This document shows, piece by piece, positions 52,238 to 62,201 of a stretch of 64,000 nucleotides of DNA. The DNA is from Nitrosopumilus sp. (GTDB taxonomy: Archaea > Thermoproteota > Nitrososphaeria > Nitrososphaerales > Nitrosopumilaceae). Location: assembly GCA_965218785.1 (NCBI GenBank), contig OZ244650.1, forward strand, positions 608,001-672,000. Reading direction: 5' to 3'. The notes beneath the pieces were generated by a model, which ran no database searches, was not told the DNA's origin, and was given only the letters and a program-made list of their open reading frames with translations. The translations under genes and the position numbers were made by a program. Each line of letters starts with the position of its first letter. Within the stretch, counting starts at the first letter, position 1.

Positions 52238-52716
52238 CTGGTCCTGTCTCAAAAGCTGTTCTTGCTGGAATTGCCACCGTTACAGTCTATCTTTTAGTAG
52301 TTGTAGTTACAACCCCTGCGTTGGAGCCTGCCGCTGCCATTAGTGCGGCGTTTCAGCTAAATTCAATTGTGATTATCGGAATGGGCGTGGGGATTGGATT
52401 ACAGGTGTTTCTCACCGGGAAGAGCAGGCTGCTTGGATGCAAGCTTTTGGTAAAGAAAAAAGCATTTGGGGGAAATACTGCAGGTGCGGCTGCCACATCC
52501 TTTTTCTCTTTTTTCTCCCTGATTCCACTTGGTTGCTGCGGATGGTGGCTTTACGCCCTGTCACTGCTTCCTAGCGTGGTGGGAACCGGCGCGTCTGCCG
52601 TCCTGATAGAGTACAGTCAGGTTTTGGCATATGTTGGGCTGGTCATAATTTTTGGGTTTGCAGGACTGACTGCCTTTAAATTAAGACAGGAACAGGGACT
52701 ACAAAAAACAGCCTAG
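52234..52716 (+). CDS. Membrane protein with CC motif
   Basis: Four hydrophobic helices and LGCCGWW; overlaps the DUF3179 stop. Confidence 0.75.
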   Translation: MTGPVSKAVLAGIATVTVYLLVVVVTTPALEPAAAISAAFQLNSIVIIGMGVGIGLQVFLTGKSRLLGCKLLVKKKAFGGNTAGAAATSFFSFFSLIPLGCCGWWLYALSLLPSVVGTGASAVLIEYSQVLAYVGLVIIFGFAGLTAFKLRQEQGLQKTA

Positions 52717-52912
52717 CTTTTTTCTAGCGACTGTTACCCTTGTAGTTTTTGGTTTGATAAAATTGATCTCAAAAACATTTGCGTGTCATTATATAAGAAG
52801 ATGAAACGTATGGCAGAATCAACCTGATCCGTTATATGATGCTAGCAGATCTAGTATTGGAGGGGGTTTGGCATGGGAGAACCAAAACAAGAGATATTTA
52901 TTTTTGAATAAA

Positions 52913-53377
52913 TTATGTTGAGGTTCCTGCAGGATAGACATTCGCAGGATCGTTTCGTGGATTGATTCTAATATTGTTCTTGTACATGCTTAATGCTTGT
53001 TCATCACTCGTGACAATAACCGTATTGGGAAGTAATGAATTATTTATCATACTAAATTCTCCAAACTGTATTTGGGGCGAAATGGGAATAATCACCTTAT
53101 TTCTTATTATATTTTTCATAAATAAATCATCAAGAGAAACGAAAGAAAATTTTTTGTTTGATTTGAATAATCTGTAGGTACTCTGTAAATTATTTTTATC
53201 ATTTTTATGATAATGAGATCTTCGAATAAATTCTAAGAATATACTATGTAAAATTATAATATTATCTTGATCTTCTGTAAGAATACCATCAAACCATTTT
53301 TTAACATTAGCTTGTTTCAATGAAAAATAATCCTCTAGAACTGTTGTATCTAGAACTAAATTTTCAGCATTCATCAA
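52913..53377 (-). CDS. PIN-domain (VapC-like) protein
   Basis: LVLDTTVL, a conserved E and IVTSD acidic residues; AT-rich. Confidence 0.7.
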   Translation of the reverse strand: MMNAENLVLDTTVLEDYFSLKQANVKKWFDGILTEDQDNIIILHSIFLEFIRRSHYHKNDKNNLQSTYRLFKSNKKFSFVSLDDLFMKNIIRNKVIIPISPQIQFGEFSMINNSLLPNTVIVTSDEQALSMYKNNIRINPRNDPANVYPAGTST

Positions 53378-53646
53378 AATCTATCGCGAAGTTTATTTAG
53401 AGATTCTACAAATTCTTTACCTGTCAATTGTTTCCCTATTGTAATTTGATGTAATTCATAATCGTCGTCAACAATTGCCAATTTACTTTTACTTTTCCAA
53501 TCAAGTTTATCTAAAACATCTTTAGGCAAATAAATTGCACCATTTGATGATACTTCTAATTCTGAGATATTCTCTTGATGTGAATATTCTTCATTATAGC
53601 GTCTCCAGCTATTTTCACGGGATTGTAATTGTTTATTTAAAATCAT
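53374..53646 (-). CDS. AbrB/MazE/SpoVT-type antitoxin
   Basis: VSSNGAIYLPKDVLDKLDW; 4-bp overlap with the PIN gene. Confidence 0.8.
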   Translation of the reverse strand: MILNKQLQSRENSWRRYNEEYSHQENISELEVSSNGAIYLPKDVLDKLDWKSKSKLAIVDDDYELHQITIGKQLTGKEFVESLNKLRDRF

Positions 53647-53744
53647 ATCTTAATTTCATCAACCTAGTTTAAAAATTAATCGCATTATGGGGCGTTATCC
53701 GTAAATTCCATCAAAATATGTTGTATTATATGAAAAGTACATCC

Positions 53745-54400
53745 GCTAGTCATCTGCATCATTCTCCATCCATTCTGGGTTGTTTTTTCTGATCGTATCT
53801 GTGGTCTTTTTGTTTCTAAACGCCATAAGCGGGGTTCATAGTTATCAATGTCAAGTGAAAAGTGCAGTCTTGACTCGTTGTAATAGTCTACATCTCCTTA
53901 AGAGTACGATAATGGAATATCTCATCTTCTATCGTCCTGTGAAATCTCTCCAGCTTGCCGTTTGCCTGCGGATGATATGGTCTGGAATTTATCAGCACGA
54001 TGTCTTTTGCCAAAAGCTCCTCCTCAAACAAGACAAGTCTCCATGTTCCATTTATCTGCATTTTTTTCCTGCCGTTTTGTCCCACAAAATACGAACCAGT
54101 ATCTGAGAGTATGGATGCAGGTGCACCGAATCTCTTGATTGCCAGTCTGAGCAACATTACTGTATTCTCAGATGTGGCATTCTCTGCGGAGGATTCTTTA
54201 GCTACGGAACAGCATCCTATGCAGTTTGATTCATCTGATCGCTATTGTGTAGTATGTCCGGAATGAATTTTAGTAAGATCCCATTTTCCTGTTTTTTGAA
54301 CTGGATACTTGTGTTATAGATTCCATCTTTTTCCCCTAATGATTGGTTGTTTTTCTTGGAATATATGCCTTTCTGCTATATGTGGTATTCCCTGTACACC
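53745..54400 (-). mobile_element. Degraded IS481/IS3-type (rve integrase core) transposase
   Basis: GAPASILSDTGSYF, SRPYHPQANGKLERFHRT, then frameshifted YYNESRLHFSLDIDNYE. Confidence 0.8.
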
Positions 54401-54519
54401 CGAATTTCGTTTTTATTCAGATATGATTATTTTAGAACGGTACAATCTGTCTGAATGTTGAGAAATATCAAAATAAAATAAAGTAACATAAGTTTTGATC
54501 GTCACCATATAATGAAAAA

Positions 54520-54795
54520 TCAGTCATATTTACTCAATCTATGTACTATTACATTGCATCCGTATAGAGAACCGAAAATTGCAGACATGCAAAGTCCAAA
54601 TGTAACATATGGTGTAAATGTCGGACCTATCATCCCTTGCATATCAGTAAAACTTGGACCAAAAAAAGATTCTTTGAATAATAATACTCCTGCCATAATA
54701 ATAAACAAATGATCAACAACTGATGCTCTGTCTTTTGGTGTTAAATCTTTTAGATGTTCTATTATTTTTTCTATGGATTTTAGTGAGAATTTCAA
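54520..54795 (-). CDS. Orphan two-TM membrane protein
   Basis: AT-rich, two hydrophobic helices, last gene of a tight cluster. Confidence 0.55.
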   Translation of the reverse strand: MKFSLKSIEKIIEHLKDLTPKDRASVVDHLFIIMAGVLLFKESFFGPSFTDMQGMIGPTFTPYVTFGLCMSAIFGSLYGCNVIVHRLSKYD

Positions 54796-54796
54796 T

Positions 54797-55243
54797 TTAC
54801 TTTTTTAGTCCGAGAATACTTGCAGATAATGGTCCACAAATTGCTATTGCAATGATATAATTGAATGGACTGGGAACTGTAACTATTGCTGAGGCGGATA
54901 ATGTTATTGCTATTCCTGCTGATAATATCAAAGGAAGTTTTGATCCTTTCTTTTTTCTATTGATTTTACGTGTTCTAGAATCTATTAAACCCATATTTGA
55001 TTTTTGATGTAATCGGTTAGACCCAACCATAGATTTGTTGTATGTAGACACAGAAAGTAACCGCTTATATTTTTGATGATCTGATTGCATTGTTCTTTGA
55101 TTTGTTGTGCTAAATCTTATTTTTGCTTTACATCTAATTTTTTGATGTGTAATCATTAATCTATTATCACTTTTAATGGAATGTGTTTTTTCCAATTTGT
55201 GATATGATGATGATTTTTTGACTAACCGTGTTTCCATAATCAT
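54797..55243 (-). CDS. Orphan basic protein with two C-terminal TM helices
   Basis: 148 aa; overlaps the upstream gene by 4 bp. Confidence 0.55.
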   Translation of the reverse strand: MIMETRLVKKSSSYHKLEKTHSIKSDNRLMITHQKIRCKAKIRFSTTNQRTMQSDHQKYKRLLSVSTYNKSMVGSNRLHQKSNMGLIDSRTRKINRKKKGSKLPLILSAGIAITLSASAIVTVPSPFNYIIAIAICGPLSASILGLKK

Positions 55244-55701
55244 ATATCTCCATCAAACTTGTCTTTATGAGCATTTATGTATTCCTTGTAATCACTCAAA
55301 ATTTTTTGCCATATATTTGACATGTTTTCAAAGTCTTTCATAGGTATCAGATATTCTTTACCGTCCTCATCCTTATTTGTTTTTATTTTTAATGAAATGA
55401 TTGGTATTTGACCGATTATTTTATGCTTATCATCATAAACTGAACGAAATATTAATTGATCATCAAATCCTATGAGTTTATTTGATTCCTCATCCAACTG
55501 GATATTTGAAAGATATATAAAATTAAATTTGTTAATCATCTCTGAAGATATAATTTTTAAAAATTCTCGAATATTTTCTTTTATGTTTTCATTTAATTGA
55601 GATGTTTCTAAATAATTTTCTAACAACTCCTTATGGCTTTTGTTATAGTGAATTAATGTTGTAATTGAATTAATTGTAAGAGATAATACTATCTTCTTCA
55701 T
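55240..55701 (-). CDS. Orphan AT-rich protein, possibly the frameshifted continuation of an ORF starting at 55846
   Basis: 153 aa; a 58-aa ORF (MDHDKENF...) overlaps its start. Confidence 0.5.
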   Translation of the reverse strand: MKKIVLSLTINSITTLIHYNKSHKELLENYLETSQLNENIKENIREFLKIISSEMINKFNFIYLSNIQLDEESNKLIGFDDQLIFRSVYDDKHKIIGQIPIISLKIKTNKDEDGKEYLIPMKDFENMSNIWQKILSDYKEYINAHKDKFDGDI

Positions 55702-56149
55702 TAATTTCGATATTATTTGAAATTAATGTTTGTAGATCACCATCTTTTAATTTCTTGACAAATTCTATTACTTGTTTTTTATCTGAAAAGATTTTTTCTA
55801 ATTCTGGTTTAAAATAATTTATGAAATTTTCTTTGTCATGATCCATGATTAAATTACTGATTTGGATAATAAATCATTATATATTTGATTCTGTATAATT
55901 TGGTAGATTTGAAATATAGATCTTCTCCAAATTGAAAATTTGTACCAAAGTTGAAAAATTAAGATGAGATATATCATTTGAATCTCTCACACCTGATATA
56001 TTGTGTAATCGTCATGTTTTCTGAGGATTGTCGAATTATGGTGGGGGATCGATCTCATTGTTTTAGGACAAGGACGATTTGGTGGTTTTTGGTTTGATAA
56101 AATTAATCTCAAATATTTGCGTGTCACTCTGGCAGGATTCCTTGCCGTA

Positions 56150-56518
56150 TCAAGACGGTGAGACTGTAAATGCGAAAAATTCCCCCCTGTCCCTGCTGGC
56201 AAATTTTGCAATCCTTGCCATGAATCCGTATTTCTTGTCTCTCATTTTTACTGCATCCCTGATCTCCTGCCCTGATAATATTTTGGCAGTACCTGGGATC
56301 CAATCCCCCGTAACCCTGCCCCTCATCGTACACAATGCAAACTTTACCTGTGAATTATTCCTAAGACGCTTTACTTTGCCTGTCTGTTCTCTTGTGACGA
56401 CATAGATCAAATCCCCATTAACTACAAACCAAACCGGGGTTTTGACTGCCTGATTATTTCTTCGATAGGTTTCAAGCGAGATGTACTTTTGGGATTTTAT
56501 CTCCTCCAAACTAAACAT
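56150..56518 (-). CDS. PPOX-class F420-dependent oxidoreductase
   Basis: YISLETYRRN..VKTPVWF, TGKVKRLRNN, KKYG. Confidence 0.9.
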   Translation of the reverse strand: MFSLEEIKSQKYISLETYRRNNQAVKTPVWFVVNGDLIYVVTREQTGKVKRLRNNSQVKFALCTMRGRVTGDWIPGTAKILSGQEIRDAVKMRDKKYGFMARIAKFASRDRGEFFAFTVSPS

Positions 56519-56685
56519 GCTTGCCTGTCATGTTTCTGGAATTAATATCATGCGGCACACTTTAATTTTACCTGTTTTTCCATCTTCTTATGATCTTCCT
56601 GCATCCCAATACCGGCAGAATGCAGTAGACACATCCTCTTTGAAATTGAACAACAAATAAACAGCCACACTCTTCTTTGCCGTGA

Positions 56686-56883
56686 TTACATTCTTGGCAG
56701 TTCATGTTTCTTACTCCGCGGCTTTGATCTTAACCTGGTCTTACAGCACGGACATGAAACTTGCTCTGTAAAGAAAAACAGTGCACACAAAGAACACCAC
56801 TTTTGACCTATTTTGTAACGCAGGTTGCTTGTAATTGACGTGGATTTTAGCCGGCTGCATAATCCGCGGCACATCTGAACCAT
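56686..56883 (-). CDS. Small Cys-rich zinc-binding protein
   Basis: CRGLC, WCSLC, CPCCKTRLRSKPR. Confidence 0.75.
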   Translation of the reverse strand: MVQMCRGLCSRLKSTSITSNLRYKIGQKWCSLCALFFFTEQVSCPCCKTRLRSKPRSKKHELPRM

Positions 56884-56928
56884 GAATCAATCCGCCCGAA
56901 AATATATTTAAGAAAATATTCCAATCCG

Positions 56929-57384
56929 TCATTCTGAAATTTCTACAACCGCATCAATTTCAGTCATGGAATCTAGCGGCAGACTGGAGACTCCTACTGC
57001 AATTCTGGAATGTCTTCCCTTCTCGCCGAATATCTCAAAAAACAAGTCCGAGGCAGAATTGATAACGACGGGCTGTGCTGCAAACCCTGGAGCAGAATTT
57101 ACAAATCCTGAGAGTCTTACAATCCTTGCCACCTTATCCAGGTCTCCAAGCTCTCTTTTGATTTGGGCAAGTATGTTGACTGCACACATTCTTGCAGATT
57201 TTTGGGCAGTCTCCAAATTATCATCTGAGACTTTGCCGGTAAAGACTACCCTGCCATCCTCCATTGGAATCTGCCCTGAGATGAAAAGCAGGTTTCCTGT
57301 TCTCACTGCGGGAACATATGATCCTGCCGGTGTTGGCGGATCTGGCAGTCTTATCCCCAAAGATTCCAGTTTTTCTTCAATCAA
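56929..57384 (-). CDS. RidA/YjgF family protein
   Basis: GSYVP, LFISGQIP, GRHSRIAVGVSSLP. Confidence 0.93.
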   Translation of the reverse strand: MIEEKLESLGIRLPDPPTPAGSYVPAVRTGNLLFISGQIPMEDGRVVFTGKVSDDNLETAQKSARMCAVNILAQIKRELGDLDKVARIVRLSGFVNSAPGFAAQPVVINSASDLFFEIFGEKGRHSRIAVGVSSLPLDSMTEIDAVVEISE

Positions 57385-57410
57385 GAATTTCTGCGCAGTC
57401 TTGTCTGATT

Positions 57411-58577
57411 TTAGTTTTTACTTATCTTGATGTGGACCCTTTCACCCTTGCTGTTGCTAGAGCCGTTTTGAAAGATCGTCCTGGTCTTATATCCCTGTTT
57501 TTGGAGACATCCGTCTAAAATGGAGACCCATGGCAGGGAATGGCCGCTATTTAGCTTTGATTCTACTGTGATGTTCTTGGAGTTTGCCTCAAAATTGACA
57601 TGCCCTGAGCAAGTTATCTGCATGATTACATCCATTATCTCTATGATATCATCAAGCGATCTTGATTTTAGTGAGACCCCGTTTCTCTCCAGTAATTTGA
57701 GCATGTCTGATTCGGGTTTTTTCGATATCATTATGGAGTTTAGAAGATACGTCAGACCAGTCTCGTTGACTGTCTTGATAATCTTGTAAATTTCCTGGGC
57801 CTCTGTTTTTGTCATATCTGCAAGAGCCTTGGTCTTTGTTGCACCCTTCCAAATATTTGAGAACACCCTCTCCTGATTTACCCCCAGGATGTCAGTCGCT
57901 GAAAATATTGCACCCTTTCCGTTTGTGCTGTTTACCATTAGTAATTCTGTCCCATCAAAGATAAAGCAGTTCTGAGTAATCTCTGATGCCTTTATCTCTG
58001 CCCCGTAGGGAATCGCACTATACGCTTCAGAGCAGATCTGTGTTGGTGATACCAGCAGTTTGACTTCCAGGTTTCTGCGTAGTACTGCCGTCATCTGTTC
58101 CCTGCATTCTGCCAGTAACCCAAGCCCCCACTGGTCTGCCATTATCCGAATCGATGATTTTGAGCCTTCGACCATTGTTTGAAGCTGCGCCACCACGTTG
58201 TTTGCACTGATGTGAAAATATCTTTTTTCCTCAGAACCCCTTGTTTTTCTGCTCTCCTCGCTTGCTTTTTTCAAATTTGAGACCAGTGAATTCATCGCAT
58301 TTACTTTGTTGATCTGCTCGTGAATTATCCCGTCAAATGCGTCTTCAGGTGCAATTGCAGTACACATTATCGGCTTGCTTTTTGAGATGATTGCCAGTTT
58401 TTTATTCTCAAGTTTCAGCAAAGTAGGATAAATTTTGGTTCTTGGAATCTCCGAATAGTATGCCAGCTCTCCTGCTGAAATCGTTCCCCTTGCAATCAAT
58501 GCCACGTATGCCTGGGCCTCGTACCTGCTCAACCCAAACTCCTCCAGACTGACCGTTAATGCGTGCTCATTTACCAT
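57411..58577 (-). CDS. TrmB family transcriptional regulator
   Basis: FGLSRYEAQAYVAL...IPRTKIYPTL. Confidence 0.92.
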   Translation of the reverse strand: MVNEHALTVSLEEFGLSRYEAQAYVALIARGTISAGELAYYSEIPRTKIYPTLLKLENKKLAIISKSKPIMCTAIAPEDAFDGIIHEQINKVNAMNSLVSNLKKASEESRKTRGSEEKRYFHISANNVVAQLQTMVEGSKSSIRIMADQWGLGLLAECREQMTAVLRRNLEVKLLVSPTQICSEAYSAIPYGAEIKASEITQNCFIFDGTELLMVNSTNGKGAIFSATDILGVNQERVFSNIWKGATKTKALADMTKTEAQEIYKIIKTVNETGLTYLLNSIMISKKPESDMLKLLERNGVSLKSRSLDDIIEIMDVIMQITCSGHVNFEANSKNITVESKLNSGHSLPWVSILDGCLQKQGYKTRTIFQNGSSNSKGERVHIKISKN

Positions 58578-58719
58578 GATTCCACTCTAATTGTTATTAG
58601 GTAATATTGAGAGCTAAATTCCTTTACATAACTACTCAAAAAAATTCAAAATCGTATCTGCACACGGGTGTAACCGTGGTTACTAAATTGATTGTTACAA
58701 CGTCCTCTAATACAAAATC

Positions 58720-59310
58720 ATGATCAATAAACTGATGCTAGTTAAATGTGAAATTAAAAGATTCGATGATGATAAAAACACCTCCCATTCAGTTACGCTG
58801 GTTCCAAGACTGGATTACTCCATGAATCTGCTAGATGAGATCACCGGGATTCTCAGTAAACGGATAAATGCCATAAAAAGATCAAACGAGGATTTGGCTG
58901 CAGAGTTTGATGAAACAGACAAAACACATCTTGCCTCGATCAGACTAGAACAGACACTGCTGTTCTCCCTTGAGGTCTTATCCCAAACAAAAAGGCAGAT
59001 GGCTCAAATCTCCGGCATAAACAGCATTCCTGAGGTTCTACCATCGTCAATTCCGATGATTCGGACAGTCTGCGCACAACTTTATGATGTAATTCCCCAG
59101 TGCAGCCGGAGACTATCTGAATTATCCGTCCATTTGGGCAGTATAGCGCTGGATTCGGCAGTAATTACAAAGGCCAGACTGGACTTTGGCCTCTCCAATG
59201 AGGAATCTGCGACTCTGCTTAATAAAGTAAAATTGATGGTAGACTCTAAATTAAGTAAGCAGTACCCTAATCTTGATTTTTTTAAAATATCTAGCACTTG
59301 GCAATACTAA
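58720..59310 (+). CDS. Divergent ESCRT-III/CdvB (Snf7)-like protein (start may be ATG 58822)
   Basis: Helical, with RLEQ...LPSSIPMIRTV...P...LSELSVHLGSIALDS pattern; two genes upstream of cdvC. Confidence 0.6.
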   Translation: MINKLMLVKCEIKRFDDDKNTSHSVTLVPRLDYSMNLLDEITGILSKRINAIKRSNEDLAAEFDETDKTHLASIRLEQTLLFSLEVLSQTKRQMAQISGINSIPEVLPSSIPMIRTVCAQLYDVIPQCSRRLSELSVHLGSIALDSAVITKARLDFGLSNEESATLLNKVKLMVDSKLSKQYPNLDFFKISSTWQY

Positions 59311-59789
59311 ACACCAGACGGAGTCTTGTACGGGATATTGAACGAATAAAGACGATATCTTCAAAAATCGATAAAAAGATATCTGAAATCAAGCCGTCTG
59401 ATGCTGAAAAGATAGACAAACTTACCCTGGAAGAACTGGGGGATTTGAATAAAATTGTCGGAATTGCCGATTTCATGCTGTGCAAATATGCCGAGAATAA
59501 GGACATGCACTCGATTTTAAAACATTTTGTATCCATCATATCTGATACTGCAAAATCCCTTGATGATATCAACGATGAAATCTCTGAATTAATACTCTCA
59601 GCTGAGGACTCTATTAACAAGGTAAAGGACATTCATACGCACATCTCTGACCGGTCTGAAATTAAAAGAGGATTTCATAACGGATCCGGGTATGATGTAT
59701 CCAAAACAAGTGGAATTAATTTAACCAATCCTACGACAGAGATTAACATACCTGAATACCAACAAAATTCTCAAGAACAAACTACATAG
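59298..59789 (+). CDS. Coiled-coil hypothetical protein in the cdv cluster
   Basis: 163 aa; overlaps the upstream gene. Confidence 0.7.
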   Translation: MAILNTRRSLVRDIERIKTISSKIDKKISEIKPSDAEKIDKLTLEELGDLNKIVGIADFMLCKYAENKDMHSILKHFVSIISDTAKSLDDINDEISELILSAEDSINKVKDIHTHISDRSEIKRGFHNGSGYDVSKTSGINLTNPTTEINIPEYQQNSQEQTT

Positions 59790-59798
59790 GTAATTAAG

Positions 59799-60992
59799 AT
59801 GAGTTTGGCCCCCCAAGAATTAGAAAACACTGCTAGTAAATATGCCTCTGAGGCTATCAAATTTGATTCTCAGGGCGCCCGTGGCATGGCAATCACCCAT
59901 TATCAGCAGGCAATCGACTCGCTTGTGAAACTGTTACAGCTTTATCCTAACAGCAAGCTAAACCTCATCTACAAGGAAAGATGCAACTCTTATCATAACA
60001 GAATTCAGGCACTGCAGCAGGCCCACGGCGTGGATCCTGCAGTTGATCCAAAGGCATCCCCGGAAGATCAAAAAAAATCCGTTCAAAGACAAGAGGCAGA
60101 AAACGACTTTGAAGATCTTGTAATGAAGGAAAAACCGGATGTTACCTGGGTGCAGGTAATAGGACTCGATGATGCTAAAAACGCCCTGCGTGAATCAATT
60201 ATCTATCCTACAAAAAGACCGGATCTATTCCCGCTTGGATGGCCAAAGGGAATGCTTCTTTATGGACCGCCTGGCACCGGAAAGACAATGCTTGCCGCTG
60301 CCACTGCAAACGAGATGGACGGCTACTTTATCAACGTTGATGCGTCATCTATGATGAGCAAGTGGCTGGGAGAAGCAGAGAAGAACGTCTCAAAATTATT
60401 TGTCATGGCAAGACAGTATGCAGAAAAGGAGGGAAAGCCGGTTATACTGTTTGTAGATGAGGTCGACTCCCTGCTAGGTTCCCGAAACAGTGAGGTTGGC
60501 GGAGAGGTAAGAACCAAAAACCAGTTCCTGACTGAAATGGACGGTGTCAACGGAAAGGGAAAAAATCTGATGCTTTATGTAATTGGCGCAACAAACAAGC
60601 CATGGAGTCTTGATTGGCCGTTTTTGAGAAGATTCCAAAAGAGAATCTACGTGTCCCTCCCAACCCAGGAGGCCAGAGAAAGCCTCTTTGAGCAGTATAC
60701 TGCACCCCTGAAAAAAGATCTCAAGGTTAATGCGTCTGAGCTGGCAAAATTATTTGATGGATACAGCGCAAGCGACATCAAGGACGTGTGCCAGGCAGCC
60801 CAGATTAAGACGGTTCATGAAATCTTCAAGTCCCCCGATTACCATGAACCAGTCGAAGGCGAGGTACCAATACAGCCAAGAGAACTGACCACGACTGATT
60901 TCAAGGAGATCATGACAAGAAGAAAACCAAGTGTCTCACTAGAGATGATTCGCGCCTATCACAAATGGAGCGAAGAGTTCAAGGCACTCTGA
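59799..60992 (+). CDS. cdvC: Vps4-like AAA ATPase with MIT domain (cell division protein C)
   Basis: N-terminal MIT helices, GPPGTGKT, SKWLGE, FVDEVD, ATNKPW, RRFQKR. Confidence 0.92.
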   Translation: MSLAPQELENTASKYASEAIKFDSQGARGMAITHYQQAIDSLVKLLQLYPNSKLNLIYKERCNSYHNRIQALQQAHGVDPAVDPKASPEDQKKSVQRQEAENDFEDLVMKEKPDVTWVQVIGLDDAKNALRESIIYPTKRPDLFPLGWPKGMLLYGPPGTGKTMLAAATANEMDGYFINVDASSMMSKWLGEAEKNVSKLFVMARQYAEKEGKPVILFVDEVDSLLGSRNSEVGGEVRTKNQFLTEMDGVNGKGKNLMLYVIGATNKPWSLDWPFLRRFQKRIYVSLPTQEARESLFEQYTAPLKKDLKVNASELAKLFDGYSASDIKDVCQAAQIKTVHEIFKSPDYHEPVEGEVPIQPRELTTTDFKEIMTRRKPSVSLEMIRAYHKWSEEFKAL

Positions 60993-61058
60993 TCGCAGGA
61001 TCCTGCCAGCATAACAAAAGCTTAAATTCAGATTCCTGCCGACTTTACGAGGGTCACA

Positions 61059-62201
61059 ATATCCATAAAAAAATCAATCCACGTAAAAAAGCATGGAAAA
61101 CTAATTCTTGATGATGGCACCGTCCTTGACGGTCAGGGTTTTGGTTATACCACGACTGTTTTTGGTGAAATTGTATTTAACACCGGAATGGTGGGATATA
61201 CCGAGGCACTCACTGATCCGTCATATAACGGCCAGATCCTTACGCTGACATACCCGCTGATTGGAAATTACGGGGTCCCGGATCCCTCCAAAGTTGACGG
61301 GGATGGAATATCCAGATTCTTCGAGTCAGATAAAATCCAAATCCGGGGGCTGGTCGTACATGAACTCTCCCTGACTGCCAGCCATTGGAATCTGTTAATG
61401 ACCCTTGATGAATGGATGCACAATGAAAAAATTCCCGGAATCTCCGGAATAGATACCAGGGCAGTCACCAAGAAACTTCGAAGCGGCGGCGTCATGATGG
61501 CGGCCCTTGTCGTATCTGACTCTGAGATTGATGTAGAGCAGGTCAAAAAAGAACTGGCATCTGCGGCCCGTTATGACTCTGAACAATTCATGGATGAGGT
61601 ATCTACAAAGAAGGAAAAAATCTATGGAACCCAGAAAGAATCCGTCGTAGTAATTGATACTGGTGCAAAAAATGCAATACTGCGAAACGTGCGTGATCTT
61701 GGATACAGGGCAGTCCTGCTCCCCTGGAATGCAACTTTTGAAAAAATAATGTCTTATAATCCAAAGGGCGTGGTACTCAGTAGCGGACCTGGAGACCCGC
61801 AAAAATGTCCTGACACCATTAATACTGCCAGAAAATTAATTCAAAGCAACATGCCGACACTTGGAATCTGTCTGGGTGCGCAAATCATAGGTATTGCAGG
61901 CAACACTGAAACTTATAAATTAAAATATGGACACAGGGGACAAAACAAGTCCTGTATCAACCTGGAAAACAACCAGATCTATGTTACAAGCCAGAATCAC
62001 GGTTATGGAATCACACTAGAATCACTGGAGAAATCCGACTTTAAATTATGGTTTACAAACGCAGATGACAAAACAGTCGAGGGAATAAAACATAAAAAAC
62101 AAAGATGTATTGCAGTACAGTTTCATCCCGAAGCCGCACCGGGCCCCTTTGACTGCAAGTTTGTCTTTGAAGAGCTAAAACGACTCATGGAGGAACAATA
62201 G
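61059..62201 (+). CDS. carA: Carbamoyl-phosphate synthase small subunit (start uncertain)
   Basis: GKLILDDGT...GEIVFNTGMVGY, GICLG, HRGQN, SQNHG, QFHPE; conserved N-terminus lies upstream of the track's Met at 61188. Confidence 0.93.
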   Translation: MSIKKSIHVKKHGKLILDDGTVLDGQGFGYTTTVFGEIVFNTGMVGYTEALTDPSYNGQILTLTYPLIGNYGVPDPSKVDGDGISRFFESDKIQIRGLVVHELSLTASHWNLLMTLDEWMHNEKIPGISGIDTRAVTKKLRSGGVMMAALVVSDSEIDVEQVKKELASAARYDSEQFMDEVSTKKEKIYGTQKESVVVIDTGAKNAILRNVRDLGYRAVLLPWNATFEKIMSYNPKGVVLSSGPGDPQKCPDTINTARKLIQSNMPTLGICLGAQIIGIAGNTETYKLKYGHRGQNKSCINLENNQIYVTSQNHGYGITLESLEKSDFKLWFTNADDKTVEGIKHKKQRCIAVQFHPEAAPGPFDCKFVFEELKRLMEEQ

